From Octopus sinensis (lineage: Eukaryota), in NCBI RefSeq assembly GCF_006345805.1, contig NC_043003.1:84072001-84136000 (forward strand): a DNA stretch of 64,000 nucleotides. Direction: 5' to 3'. The notes below the pieces were generated by a model. The model was not told the DNA's origin. It saw nothing but the letters and a program-made list of their open reading frames with translations, and did not search any database. Positions within the stretch are counted from its first letter, which is position 1. Every line of letters begins with the position of its first letter. Positions 25,676 through 39,576 of this stretch are shown one piece after another. The position numbers were made by a program, and so were the translations under genes.

Positions 25676-25975
25676 ACGCAATGGCCCAGTGGTTAGGGCA
25701 GCGGACTCGCGGTCGGAGGATCGCGGTTTCGATTCCCAGACCAGGCGTTGTGTGTGTTTATTGAGTGAAACACCTAAAAGCTCCACGAGGCTCCGGCAGG
25801 GGGTGGTGGCGACCCCTATTGTACTCTTTCGCCACAACTTTCTCTCACTCTCTCTTCCTGTTTCTTGAGTAACGCTGCGATGGACTGGCGTCCCGTCCAG
25901 CTGGAGGGAACACATACGCCACAGAAACCGGGAAATCGGGCCAATGAGCCTGGCTAGGCTTGAAAAGGGCACCGA
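25676..25975 (+). mobile_element. SINE family D, full length
   Basis: gcaatggcccagtggttagggcagcggactcgcggtc head plus the B-type tail gatggactggcgtcccgtccagctgg...gagcctggctaggct. Confidence 0.9.
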
Positions 25976-26739
25976 AAAAAATACCTCAGATACAGGGCCA
26001 TCTGCTATTTGATCTATAACTCTTGGGGGTTGATGGCAATGGTGGTTCTGGTGGTAGTATTGGTAATGGCGTTGTTTGTTGTGATAGTGGCGTTGGTGGT
26101 AGTGGTTATGGCTGTGGTGGAGGTTGTAGAATTTAATTTTTTAAAAGAGAAACAATTAAAACTAGGTGTTACGATTCAAACCATTTTTTGGTAAGAATGT
26201 TCTTACTTTATTTCTAGGTCAGTAGTTTTGTCCTTGCTATTGCTACTGTTGCTCTGACAATGAAAACGACGACGATGATGATGATGATGGTGATGAGGGT
26301 CAAAGTTTGTGATAATTGAGCTAGAGTTGTCCAATTATTTCAGCAGCAGAAATGAAAATTTAATTCGGACTGTTATGGTTTCATAACGAGGGTAAGCAAT
26401 ACTTGTTTGGAATCCCACCCTTAACTAATTGCCTCTTGTCTCTGAATCGCCCTTTCTATTCCATTTACACGCGCGCGCGCGTACAGAGCCAGCCATCGAC
26501 TGGCGTGTAGAATGACATGTTATTGACAATTGTAATTTAACAAGTTACACGCATACAACACGTATACGTCTGCATTGAGGAACCTATTACAAGAAAATTG
26601 TGCACACTTTTTATATATGCCTATGTATGTTCGGCACACCGGGGTACACACACGTCTATCGAGTTTTAATACATAAGCGGCTGTATTAACATGAACTGAA
26701 ACATAAGATGAAATGTAGTCAAATATAGACACATATGCG

Positions 26740-26789
<50 letters not shown>

Positions 26790-27105
26790 TGACGTTTCAC
26801 CACTGTGTGATTTTTATAAGGAAAAAGTGTGAACTTTCAGAACTGACATCATGAAAGATAAATTTAATTTCGTTTATTAGAATTTATTTTACCTTTTATT
26901 TCAGCACGACTAAATCGTCTTTTTTAAGGGACTGAAACCGGGTGCACATTTTGATATAGAGTGATATCCATGATAAAGTTCTCAAAACATTTTCTTCTTT
27001 TTCGTTTTTTTAACATACATTCATACATTAATACCCCTCCACATATATGTATATAGATACACACACACACGTTTATGTATGTATGTACTTCTTCGCGTGT
27101 GTTCA

Positions 27106-27240
<135 letters not shown>

Positions 27241-28254
27241 ATATATGTATGTATGTATATATGTATGTATGTATGTATGTATGTAGTATGTTTGTATATG
27301 TATATATGTATGTATATGTATACGTTTGTTCTTTTCTCTTTATTTTTCTCTCTCCTTCTCTATTCTTTCCGAAGGTGAGCGTATGCTCGAAACGTTAGAC
27401 TTCTTTCAATTTTCTTAAGAGTCAATTTAATACATCCTGCTTGTTATTTTACCTTGTCTTCGTATATCTAATTTTATTGTACCATATATATTCATATACA
27501 TAATCATACACATATACGCTCTCCTACTGTAGATGATATAAGGGACACTAATAACTGACTGTCTCTTTATTTTACCGGATTCAGAATGACACAAGACAAT
27601 GTTGACCTACGAAAGCGATATTGATTTTGAGGTCAATGAATGTTGTAAGTATAGAAATTCACTTGCACTGTAACAGACACATGTGGAAAGAGATATAAGT
27701 CTGGAGTTTCTTTGCTTTCTCATTTATGAATCAAACATAATATAACCTCATTGATGTCTTTGGAAATTTTAACGCATCACGAACACGAAAAATAAATAAA
27801 TGTAGACCTTAGCGAGCTTTGAACTTAAAATATAACTGATGCATATTTGTTTTTAGGTCTAGTTATGTGTGCAGGCAAGGTTGTGTCTTTAAGAAGGAAC
27901 ATCCTAAGCGTCTTATACCATAGTCTCGAGTTAACCAATGCCTTGAGTATGAAATAGTGTAGAGGCCCAGCAAAGGGAGTGTTGCTGCCTTCTGATGGTC
28001 GACTCAATTTGTCACTCGGTTTCACAACACCACTGGGTCTTTGGGACCCTTTAGCAGAGTCCATTCTGTTGGAAGCATTAGGGCCAGTTCATCGATCTGA
28101 TGATGGCTGCTTTCCAGCTATACACCAGCCTCGGAGGCTCTGAGAGAGACCATGGTCACTAATGTTTCTCCTCTGAATAAGTTATATTAAATAAAAAAAA
28201 ACAAATGAAAAAATGGAAAAAGTGAAGAAGAAAAGATTCTGGTTGTCACTGCCC

Positions 28255-28465
28255 TAATACAGACACAAAGCATGAAATTTGAGGGCAGGAATTAGTCAGT
28301 CAAATCTATCCCAGTATGTGGCTGGTACTTTATTTTTCCGACCCCGAAAGTATGATAAAATTGACCTCAGCCGGATTTGATCTCAGAACGTAAAGAAATC
28401 AGGAAAAAAGAAGAAGAAATACCTCAAGGAATTTTATCTAATGTTCTAACGATTCTTCCATTCCA
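28255..28465 (-). mobile_element. Degraded SINE A
   Basis: ccgaccccgaaagtatgat...gacctcagccggatttgatctcagaacgtaaag. Confidence 0.7.
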
Positions 28466-28559
28466 CCACCCTTTCTCGCAACCCCACTAATAAAAATAAA
28501 CAAACTAACACAGCAGCCATTTTAACACTAATGTCAACAAATATAACACCACTAATAAC

Positions 28560-28572
28560 AATAACAACAACA

Positions 28573-28640
<68 letters not shown>

Positions 28641-29033
28641 AGTTTCTTCTATAACACAAACAACACCAATAACGACGATCAAAAGACTGACGGAATGTAG
28701 CCATTAGATAAATAGTTATATAAAAGATATGGTGGACGTTAAAACCTCGGAGATGTAAACCCAGACTATTAGTGGCTTGGGCTTAGAGTTTGGTAAAATA
28801 AACACTCTTAACATCGCGTCTATCACCATTACTTTCATATCATTTATAGCACTTAACACAGACGCACATTCACATATATACACACAGATACCACACACAC
28901 ACATTCATAGTATGTACGTATGTATGTATGTATGTATGTATGTATGTATGTATGTATGTATGTATGTATGTGTGTGTGCGTGTATGTATGTATGTATGTA
29001 CATATGTATGTATGTATGTATGTACATATGTAC

Positions 29034-29064
<31 letters not shown>

Positions 29065-29221
29065 TGTGTGTGTGTGTATGTATGTATGTATGTATGTACG
29101 TATGTATGTACATATGTATGTATGTATGTATGTACATATGTACGTATGTATGTATGTATGTATGTACATGTACGTACGTATGTATGTACGTACGTATGTA
29201 TGTATGTATGTACGTATGTAC

Positions 29222-29252
<31 letters not shown>

Positions 29253-29281
29253 TGTATGTATGTACGTATGTATGTATGTAC

Positions 29282-29312
<31 letters not shown>

Positions 29313-29520
29313 TGTATGTGTGTATGTATGTATGTATGTATGTATGTATGTATGTATGTATGTATGTATGTATGTATATGTGTGTATATGTATGTCTGCA
29401 TTCATATATATTTGTACATGTGTGTCTGTGTATGTATATGTGTGTGCAGGTATGTATTTATGTCTCTGTGTGTATATGTGTGTATGTGTATGTAGGTATG
29501 TGAGTGTGTGTGTATGTGTG
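28560..29520. repeat. (TAC)n at 28570-28640 and a long (TATG)n array with TACG/TACA variants at 28910-29520
   Basis: Directly visible. Confidence 0.95.
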
Positions 29521-30005
29521 TGTATTTTCCACCATCGAAATTCCATAAATGTAAAGGTAGATATGATGTGGCGTGATGTGCCTTACACGGTGTATGTATA
29601 AGGTGTATTACGTGTACAGTGTGTATATGAATAGGTTAGTATGATGATTGATGTAATCTAATGTGTATATGCATCGTGCTGTGGGTATAATATGCTGTAG
29701 GTATACTGTGATGTAGTACGGTGCATATATAAGGGTCGTAGTGTAGGTAGAACAAATAGTGTTTGTTGTTTAGCCCCAAGCAGGACTAGACCTTTGATCA
29801 AAAGCATTCCAGCCATGACCACTTCGTTTTCTGTCCCTTTTCCGAAATGCCAATTCTTTATTCTTTGAATGGTTTCAGACGTAGGACTGTGGCCATGCTA
29901 GAGGAATATTTGGCTACTGTTTCTACCATGTGTATGTACGATGAGTTGAGTGAATGTATGGCGTGATGTGCTATGCATTCTGTGTGTGTATGTGTGTGTG
30001 TGTAA

Positions 30006-30048
<43 letters not shown>

Positions 30049-30315
30049 TGTGTGTGTGGTTTGGGTATTTTCGTGATACCATCAAATATATCGTAGTTTA
30101 AGTGAAACTATAAACATTTCTCAGTCAACAAACATTTATTTAGATATAGAATTCTGTCTCGATTATTCCACACTACAAGACCGAGATTAGATTTTGGTTC
30201 GTGTTGCAATGTCAAGTTTGGAAGCGAAGAAATCAATGCCTTTCTTGTCTCCACTGTTGACCAGTCACACCACCACCACCACCACCATCATCCCCAACCC
30301 CACCATCAACAACCA

Positions 30316-30372
<57 letters not shown>

Positions 30373-30489
30373 AAACGCCACCAGAGCAGTATCGAGCTTC
30401 TTGACTTAGTTTAACAAGTGGTACAGTTAGAATTTGATCTACCATTGAAACCTCATCGTGTATATGGAATACATGAGCTCTACATGTGT

Positions 30490-31625
30490 TCAAGTTTCTG
30501 TCTACTAATGGGTCCCATGGACCCATTTTCATTTTTTTTAGTTGTTTTTTTCCTACTGTTTATATTATTTGATTCTGCAGATTTCTCATGACTTATTTTT
30601 TTATTGACTCTCTTATTTATCAAATGGGAAATTTTCTGTATGTTTATAAAATCTAGAAAATTTCACTTTATACATTAATTCCTGTATGGGTCCATTGGAC
30701 CCTCGAATTAAATTTAGACAATACTCTTGTCATTTTAAACAGAATAAAAGCAGTATCAAATATCATTTTCCTAGATATTTATCAGATATAAAATAGATAA
30801 AATTGTATTCAAATTATTAGCTGAATTTTAGATGAAATAGGGAAAATTATGAAAATATTCTTGTGAATTTATGTTATATTGCATCGCCTTCGATCTGCTA
30901 GGTTATAGAGTGATGCAATATTTCTATGTGATGATGCAATTCTTACAATATATTGTATCATCTTTCAGGAGAATATATATATATATATATATATATATGC
31001 CTTTAGTCTGCAATCAAGTTTTATATAGCTCAGTTGTGCTTTCCAGTATGCCTAGACGTAAAAACTTGAGTGAAGACCAAATATCTAAAAGGTTATTAGA
31101 ATTAGATGAAGAATGAGAAGAAGATAGTAGTGATTCCTTCTATTGCTCTGAAGATGATAGTGAAAGTAATTGTGTGCTGGACAGTTTAGGTTCTGTATCA
31201 TCAGAAGATGAAGATACTGAAAAACAATTATCTGCAAGCAACCCAATTATGAATGAGCAATATGTTTCTAGAGACAGACAAGAAGTTTGGCATTCTAATC
31301 CTCTTACTCAAGCAGCAGTAAAAACTTCATCTTGTAATATTGTGCGCCAAGAATGTGGATCATCCCGTTTTGCTAAAAGGTCTTGCGATAGCACTGAAAC
31401 ATGTTTTACTATCTTTATGCACCAGAATTTTCTTGAAGTAATTTGAAAATGGACAAATATTGAAGGTTTACAAAGATAAATGGAAGGAAATTGTGGACTG
31501 ATTCTTATAATTCTTATATATTCTTAGAAACGTGTGTGTGTGTGTGCAGATCCAAACATGAAAATGTCAGACAGTCATGGAGTCAAGAAGATGGCCGCCC
31601 AATATTCAAAAAAATTATGAGCCGG
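30490..31625 (+). mobile_element. piggyBac-like DNA transposon remnant (5' part)
   Basis: Palindromic GGGTC-N5-GACCC motifs at 30510-30524 and 30688-30702 lie upstream of a decayed transposase. No intact TTAA/TIR found. Confidence 0.75.
31048..31625 (+). pseudogene. piggyBac transposase N-terminal pseudogene
   Basis: MPRRKNLSEDQISKRLLELDEE*, acidic tract, YVSRDRQEVWHSNP...NIVRQECG...FTIFMHQNFLEVI*KWTNIEG, then KHENVRQSWSQEDGRPIFKKIMSR, matching piggyBac motifs as I know them. Stops at 31114 and 31444; cut by a SINE at MSR. Confidence 0.85.
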
Positions 31626-31762
31626 GGTACTATTTTATCGACCCCGAAACGATGAAAGGCAAAGTCGACCTCGGCGGAATTTGAACTCAGAACGTAACGG
31701 CAGACGAAATATCGCTAAGCATTTCACCCGACGTGCTAACGATTCTGCCAGCTCACCACTTT
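31623..31762 (-). mobile_element. SINE A, tail missing
   Basis: atcgaccccgaaacgatgaaaggcaaagtcgacctcggcggaatttgaactcagaacgtaacggcagacg. Confidence 0.9.
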
Positions 31763-31828
31763 TAATAATAATAATAATGCACACACAAACACGTATACAA
31801 TACACACACACACACACACACACACAAC

Positions 31829-31863
<35 letters not shown>

Positions 31864-32519
31864 CACACATACACACACACATATATGCACAAATGTGGAA
31901 AACTTCAAAGAGCCAACCAGTCAAACAAGGGATGATGTAGAAAACAAAGGAAGGGAAGATTATATTTACTATTGCGGTTTTTATGTTGTTAGAGTGAGAC
32001 CTTAATATTATATGTAATTAATAGCAGTTTAACATTTCAGGCTTCTAAGTAATAACAGAAAGTAAAAGCAGGGTCATGCTTATAGCTACATAGGTAAAGA
32101 GACAAATACAAATACGTGTCTATATGCGTGGGTGTTTGTGTGCACATACACAATCACACCACACTGCAAACACACACATGTATATAATTTGGTAACCAAA
32201 ATTGCTAATAAATCATAATATATGTCTGAATCGTAATATATGTCAGCTATTTTAACCATAGAGACAGATGTTTAATTTGCCTTTGTTGAAACTGGCAATT
32301 TAAACCAGTTTTGGCTTGAATGACCAAGTTAAATTATCTATACTCAGTTTCAGTATTGGGTATTTTTTCCCCATTCATTACCATTAATATGTTTACACAC
32401 ACACACATGCATAGCTTTAACGACCTAAACACTCTCTAAGATCACCGAAATAGTAATTCTTGATCGAGCAGACCTATGGAATTGAAGCCATACGCATTAC
32501 ACCTGTTGCATGTATAGGA

Positions 32520-32854
32520 GGAGGAGGAGGAGACCATGAATGACCATGGGATTGCACCTAGAAAGTTACCCTCCGAGGCACAAGTCAGGGTAAGATTGTT
32601 TGTGGAAGGCTAGCAGTTGCCCATGCATACCATCCTCCCCTGTCCACACCACTGATGTTATCCAAGGTAAAGGCAAAGGCCGATACAGCTTGATACCAGT
32701 GATGTCGCAACTCATTTTTACAGATGAGTTGGCTGGAGCAACGTGAAATAAAGCGTCTTGCTTAAGAACACAACACACTGCCCGGTTCGAGAATCGAACT
32801 CACAACGTCACGATCGTAAGCTCTACGCTCTAACCACTAAGCCATGCGCCTTCA
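32520..32854 (-). mobile_element. SINE family E (B-like head and core, distinct tail ending in (TCC)n)
   Basis: 17-bp TSD ctgttgcatgtatagga at 32503-32519 and 32855-32871. Confidence 0.88.
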
Positions 32855-34474
32855 CTGTTGCATGTATAGGACTACATCATCTCGGTCTATCACTGTTCAT
32901 TGGGCTGCTGTATCTAGAGAGTGCAACGACGGCATAGCAGCTCATTTTAATGGACACTAGTGCCACCAGTAAACTTATAGCAACCAAGAATTGAAACTGT
33001 GTCCGCCGGCTAAATGGCGCTACCTGATTGCATTTACCATCTAAACTGTTTCATATTTGCGTGGAGGTTGTCGTGGAAATAAAAAATAAATTACTATTCA
33101 ACGAACGCAAAATATAAGATTATTCTCTTAAATAAGTACTATGTTAGGGGCGAAACCTTGATAGTGAAATTTTGATAAAACCCTTTCTTGGGACAGAGAA
33201 ACTTTGTGATTAGCGTGGTAATAATTCGCAAGCTGTTGCCCTGACAGCTAAATATACAAGTTGTCTCCCATGTTTGTCGAGATAAAAGTAATATGATCAA
33301 ATAATATTATGCATTATTATGCTTAGTACTTTTATTCTCACGCTCGATGGACCCATCCACCCATCCACCTGCTTTTCCTTACTTAACTGTTTAATAATTA
33401 AGTCCGAGACAGTAAATATACAACTAAGTACAAACGAACATGATGTACTGATTCAAGAATACTTTTTACTCATATGAAATAATCTGTAATAAGTTTTATT
33501 CCTTAGCGGTAATGAAGGTCTTTTTCAAAAAGAACAAGGGAGAAAACTAAGAAATTTAAATTGACTAAAAATTATATGGAGATATATATATATAGGTGGA
33601 AATGAGCTTGATCCTGGTAGCTTTCGCAATAACTTCGCACATGCTCCAGTTTTATTGCACCTCTTTAACAAAACACGCAACTACCGAAACACTGATTAGG
33701 TAATTACGGTGCATTTCTTGGAAGCAGTTCGTATGTGAACTTCGTTTCTCTGGATTCGAAACACGTACATAGATTTAACTTGCTAGTTGCATACCTGTTT
33801 CACTCGCTACATAGTATTCGTTACACAACATACCAGTGATTAACACGCGCGCGTGCACTCAGTCAGACGAAACAAGTGAGAGAGAGTGCCGCTACATGGT
33901 CGCACGACATGCTAGAAACAGTAGCCATATTCTCACTCATATTACGCTCTACTGATTAAATAAAAGCAAAAAAAAACGCATTAGATTAGGTAGTCATCCA
34001 AAAATCGCGATGGTCACTTCTGGAATATTTTCGATTATTTGTGTATTCCAAGAAGAAGGTGAACAACAATAACAAAATAAGGAAAGAAATTGATTACCCA
34101 AATTGGACACGAAAACAAAAGAAACAAAACAAAATAAACAAGTAAATAGTGTGCTCGTGGAGAAGGGAGATTGACGGGGTAGGGCTGGATTAATTAGGGT
34201 TGAGGTGATCAAGGTTTTTATATAATTGGAAAAAACCCTCCCCAACACATTCATGCATGCTTGTAAGGCTGTATATATGTATGTTTGTATGTATGTGTGT
34301 ATGCATGTGTGTATGTATGAATGTGTGTACGTAAGTACACAGATACACACATACATGCTTACATGCAAACACACAAAATACACACACATATACACACACG
34401 TTCTGAGTTTGACATTTAGGATGTATAGGGACACGTGGCATTTAAATGCAGCCAACGATATCGACAGATAACCG

Positions 34475-34479
<5 letters not shown>

Positions 34480-34517
<38 letters not shown>

Positions 34518-34568
34518 AGAGAGAGAGGGTAAGAGAGAGAGAGAGAGTAAGAGAGAGAGAGGGAGAGA

Positions 34569-34603
<35 letters not shown>

Positions 34604-34800
34604 CTCTCATAAAAACATACTCATACATGTATTTTTATATTATAATTTTTATACTACAGACGTACGTAATCCATGCTAGAAAGGGAAAGCAGACATAAGA
34701 TTATGTATGTATGTATGTATGTATGTATTATGTATGTATGTATGTATGTATGTATGTATTTATGTATGTATGTGTGTGTGTGTGTATATGTATATGTATG

Positions 34801-34846
<46 letters not shown>

Positions 34847-34964
34847 GCATGTGTTTGTGTATATAACATTATGTATATGCTCACACATATATACATACAC
34901 ACAATATATTTCTATGTCTGTGTCTCTCTACATACATACATACATTCATGCATACATACAAATA

Positions 34965-34998
<34 letters not shown>

Positions 34999-35060
34999 CA
35001 TGCATGCATACAAGTATACATGGATACATACACAGACACACGCATGTGTATATGTATGTA
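34480..35060. repeat. Compound (GA)n/(TATG)n/(TA)n/(CATA)n microsatellites
   Basis: Directly visible. Confidence 0.9.
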
Positions 35061-35244
35061 TGAAGTTTCAACCATTCTAGTTAAAAAAAAACTCCCACCC
35101 CCAAAACAAGACCACCCCCTCTCTCTCCCTCTAATAAATATCTATTAGTAGTTGGTATGTGTTAAAAACAGATTTGTATGAAGCATACTATTCGACTAAT
35201 TAAGCTTCTCTGACCTTTTAAATACAAAACTTTTACTTCACTAG

Positions 35245-35427
35245 AATGGCAGGGCGGATGTAACACAAAATCTGGCAAAATTTAAATTACAAAATGTTGC
35301 TCAAAGTGAATCATTGATTTTTGAAGTATCACATAATTAAATACTGTTGTATTTAAATAGGCATATTTGGTAATGCAGTTACAGGTGGTTTTACATGGAT
35401 AGATGATCCTCCTATTACTAACCGATG
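35245..35427 (+). CDS. Two candidate phase-compatible small exons (35245-35305, 35385-35427), unidentified
   Basis: ttttacttcactag|...CAAA|gtgaat, a 79-nt gap, then ttacag|...CGATG|gtaagg. Joined they read NGRADVTQNLAKFKLQNVAQSGFTWIDDPPITNR. Splice signals only. Confidence 0.2.
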
Positions 35428-35451
35428 GTAAGGAACATGAAGTGCCTATAT

Positions 35452-35787
35452 CAGTGGTTCTCAACTGGGGTCTGTATTCCTCCTGAGGGTCTATGTTAAA
35501 TTTTTGGGGTCCACGCAACAAAATAGTGAACTTGGGATCCACAATTGTATTTTAAGGGCTCCTGAAAAATTTTGCTTTAGATGTATGTATTGCAAGAAAC
35601 AGTTAGGTTCTTTCCTAAATGTTTTACATAGTTCAACCTACATAAGTTAATGTGAAGAAAACAAAATAGGTATTTTGAAAGAAGTTTCTATAAAACTAGT
35701 TTCCAAACACAGAATGGCTTTGGTGCGCCACTAGAATAAAATAGTTTTCAAAGGGGTCAGTAGATAAAAAATTATTGAGAACCCCTG
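35452..35787. mobile_element. hAT (Charlie-like) MITE (336 bp)
   Basis: TIRs cagtggttctcaa and ttgagaacccctg (12/13). 8-bp TSD gcctatat/gtctatat (7/8). Confidence 0.88.
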
Positions 35788-35859
35788 GTCTATATTATGA
35801 ATGTGCTAGACATGTCCTAGGTATGATTTTAACTGTATCTAATAGTGGGGCTCTGGTTC

Positions 35860-36305
35860 GGATATTCCAGAGTTTTGAAAAGTGTGGAACTATCTCTTAG
35901 CTGTTATTGTTCCCAGGTCTATTCTGATCTGGTGTAGTAACACCCGTCAGTGTCCTTGCGATAGGTTAAATTGCATGTTTATAACCGAGCGAGCCAAGGA
36001 ACGTTGAAATCATGGGATACAACATAGTGGATGTGAACTGTTTCGGCAGATGAACTTATTGAGTCAATGGTAGATATCTCTAGATGCTGATCGGATGAAC
36101 AGACAAGAAACTGTCAACTACTAGGATCAACCAATTCAATCAGGGAACTACTTCTATCATCTATAGTTGTAGCATGCACAGATGAAATATTTCAGCAAGC
36201 GAAACATTAATGCGACTATAATCCAGGTCAAGACATTCATGCTGCATTGCTCGATCGGGACATTTATTTGTGGAAAAGTTGTATTGTTCCGAGCAAGTTG
36301 CCCGA
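35860..36305. repeat. Unclassified old dispersed repeat, copy 2
   Basis: Colinear with 3335-4070 but without the SINE insertions. Confidence 0.7.
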
Positions 36306-37079
36306 CAGGACTAGGATAAGGTGTGCGCTATAAGTCTATCATAGATGCTAAATTCATCTTAAATATCAAACTCACTCAGAAATATAATCTTGGATCATAA
36401 TGAGAAACTTTTACTTTTGTCTCTTGTAATGAAAATATTATAGCAATTGCTCTGAGATAGCACTGAAGTCATCGCCATCCCGTTAATTGTATAACGATAC
36501 ACCGCTGGGCATAGTGTACAATGATAATAGGAGGATGACAAATAAAGGCCCAAAGATAAAAGGCAATTTCACCAGTAAATAACCGTGTTCGTGAAGTTGT
36601 ATGTTATAAATTGGGTGACAATTCATTAGCCGAAACTGATTTACTTTATAATAATTCTGTTGTACTACACGTACAACACCAACTTTCAGGACAGTGATAG
36701 TCCGGAACTTCCCATAATCCCCACTAATTTACGAGCAAGTACTTCAAATTCCCGCGGTCGCTAAACTATCTTGCTGGTATCTTGCACAGTAAAGTATTAA
36801 TAAACTTGAATCATGTACCAAAGTAAATTAAATATTTATTTAATTTAGAATGTGATCACCTCTGGTTCGGAAAAATCAGTAACTCGGAGTGGCTTTGGAA
36901 AGGTCCCTGAAAATCGATGGTGTACCTGTAGTATCACGTTATAATCTGGTTGTAATTTATTTTTCAAATCTGAAAAATACATTCTAAGAAAGTAAGTGAG
37001 GCTGAAGTTGTATCCTGGCCAGAAAAAAGTTAGCGGCTGCATGTTTATTTTTTTTTTTGATAATACATATACTATATAT

Positions 37080-37330
37080 GTGGAGACGCATGGCTTAGTG
37101 GTTAGGGTGTCAGCATCATGATCGTAAGATTGTAGTTTCAATTCCTGGACCGGGCGACGCGTTGTGTTCTTGAGCAAAGCACTTCATTTCACGTTGTTCC
37201 AGTCCACTCAGCTGGCAAAAATGAGTATCGCTCCGATGGACTGGCGTCCCGTCCAGCTGGGGAACCCATACGCCATGGAAACCGGGAAACCGGGCCCATG
37301 TGCCTGGCTAGGCTTTAAAAGGGCGCATTT
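37080..37330 (+). mobile_element. SINE family B, full length
   Basis: 12-bp TSD tatactatatat at 37068-37079 and 37337-37348. Confidence 0.9.
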
Positions 37331-37338
37331 ATTATTTA

Positions 37339-37381
<43 letters not shown>

Positions 37382-37385
37382 ACAT

Positions 37386-37665
37386 AGTGGACTTGGTAGA
37401 CGGAAACTGAAAGAAGCTCGTCGTGTATATATATGTATATATCTATGTGTGTGTATCTTTGTGTCTGAGTTTGTCTCTCACCATCGCTTGACAACCAGTG
37501 TTGGTGTGTTTACGTCCCCGTAACTTGGTTCAGCACAAGACACCATTAGAGTAAGACTAGGCTTTTAAAAAAATGTCCTGGGGTTTGTTTTGTTCGTCTA
37601 AAAACCTTCAAGGTGGTGCCCCTGTACGGCTGCAGTCAAATGACAAACAAATAAAAGATTAAAAA
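37386..37665 (+). mobile_element. SINE family C, 3' two-thirds
   Basis: ggtagacggaaactgaaagaagc...cgcttgacaacc...gcagtcaaatgac. Confidence 0.8.
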
Positions 37666-39374
37666 GTCATACTGTCAGCTGAAATTCTATCAGATTACGA
37701 AAAACGAAATTTAGCACACATACATACACGTATGCAAGTATGTATATATGTATGTGCAGGAGAACGTTAGTAGGTGTGAATGTATGACAAAGAGATAAAG
37801 ACAGAGAAACCTCCCACTTCAAACCATAACAATAGATTAATTATATAAAAAAGACAAAAAAAAATTAATGTAATTATCCTGATTGTATATTATGGAATGT
37901 AGTTATTATTACTTGATGAAACTATTTACTTACGCATGCAAATATTCTTCAAATTATATTTCCACAAACATCAGGACAGATGGAAAAAGTTATGTGGGTT
38001 TTAGTAAGACAGAGTAAAAGTTTAGTTTTCAATGAATGTAGGTGGGATCTCAACACTTGAAGAGACAAATATAATGTTAGCAGATACCTAGTGGTTGTTT
38101 ATCCGCAGGTCAGGTGTAACTGAGCAAACCAACATTGTATTTGGGGATATAGCTGTCTACGTAGTATATAGTGCAAACATATACATAGTTAAGCATTCAA
38201 ATATTGTCACTATTTTTTCGATTTCTGTTAGATGAAATTTTTGGGTCTCCAAGATCCCTTTTTTGGTTGTAAGTTTGGGTCAGAAAAATTCAACTTGTAT
38301 GCCAGAAAATATGGTAATCAAAGTTATTTAAACTGTGAACATTCCATCGTTTTCTCCGGTATTGTGTATCTAAGACTACACTAATTCGTTCTGAAGCAAA
38401 TTTGGCTCATAGTATTAGCAGGTGAAGAGAATTAATAAAAGTCTTCTGTGCGAGTAACCTCACTGAGGTTGTATCGTTCCTCAATCTGATCATATCGAAG
38501 TACACTTATTGGTTCAAGTGATCGCATTAAGGCCAACTTGTTGGGTCAAGTGAATACATAATGAATGACTTTTCTAGTCGGCTCAAGTGATCACACAGTA
38601 GCTTCTTCAATTGAGTTGTTGAGGCTCAGTAAGAGAGGTTTGTGTATATATTTAGACAAACATACTGATACTGTGAATTGAGTAGAGAAGTAAGATAACG
38701 TTACTTCTAATGTAAATCTAAATGGACAGATAGTTATTGATAGTTTTGCATACATCTTGAAGAAGCAGACAGATTATTGCAGACGTGAAGTGTTTACGAA
38801 ATGTGTTCTGTTCAAGAGACTAAATCAGATCGCATGTAAGCCATCAGTGGGTACTAATGTGTTATATCTGAAAATTACAGACAGTGTGTGTGTGTGTGTG
38901 TGGTTGTGGTTGTTAGTAAATATTAAGTTTATAGCTAACTATACAGAATAGTAGGTTGTTAGCAGCAAAATGATGTGTCTGTTTCTCGAGTAAGAAATTA
39001 GGGTTAGGGTTTACGTCTGGTGACATAAACCGAATCTAGATTAGTTGTCAAACGTATTAAGTCTACTCTCTCCTTAAAGCTTCGGTAAGAATCTGATCAT
39101 TCTCTCAACTTCCAATGTAAAATGTTACCTAACTACAATGGGTGTATTATTTCGCTGGTCACATCCAGGTTAAGTGTTTTTACATGCTTTTACAGTTATC
39201 ATCAGATTTAAACTTTCTGTGTAATTCTTTTTATTTAAACAAAGCAGGAAAAAAAAACAGAATCGGCTCTTTTAGATTTTAATATTAAATTATTCCTCAT
39301 CGTTACTATTAAATTATCTTCGGCGCCCTCTGTTAAGGTTTACGCCGGATCTTGAGAACCATCGAGGTAAATAA

Positions 39375-39576
39375 ATTCTTTCTACTATAGGTACAAAGCC
39401 TGAGATTTTGTAGGAGGCGGGGCCTGTCGATTACACTGTCTCCAATGCTCAGCTGAACTTATTTTATCGACCCCAAAGGGATGAAAGGTAAAATCGACTC
39501 AGAACGTAAAGAGGGACGAAATGTCACGAAACATTTTGTCCAGTGAGTTAACGATTTTGCCAGCTCGGCACCTTAA
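39375..39576 (-). mobile_element. Degraded SINE A (tail A2)
   Basis: atcgaccccaaagggatgaaaggt...aacgattttgccagctcggcacctt. Confidence 0.8.

Noticed and set aside
33009-33022. Weak CTCF-like motifs (also about 39324-39337, minus)
   Set aside because: Only 11/14 consensus matches, which is expected by chance.
38255-38318. Resemblance to a pogo/Tigger-type terminus (minus taccatattttctggcatacaag)
   Set aside because: No matching opposite end was identified.
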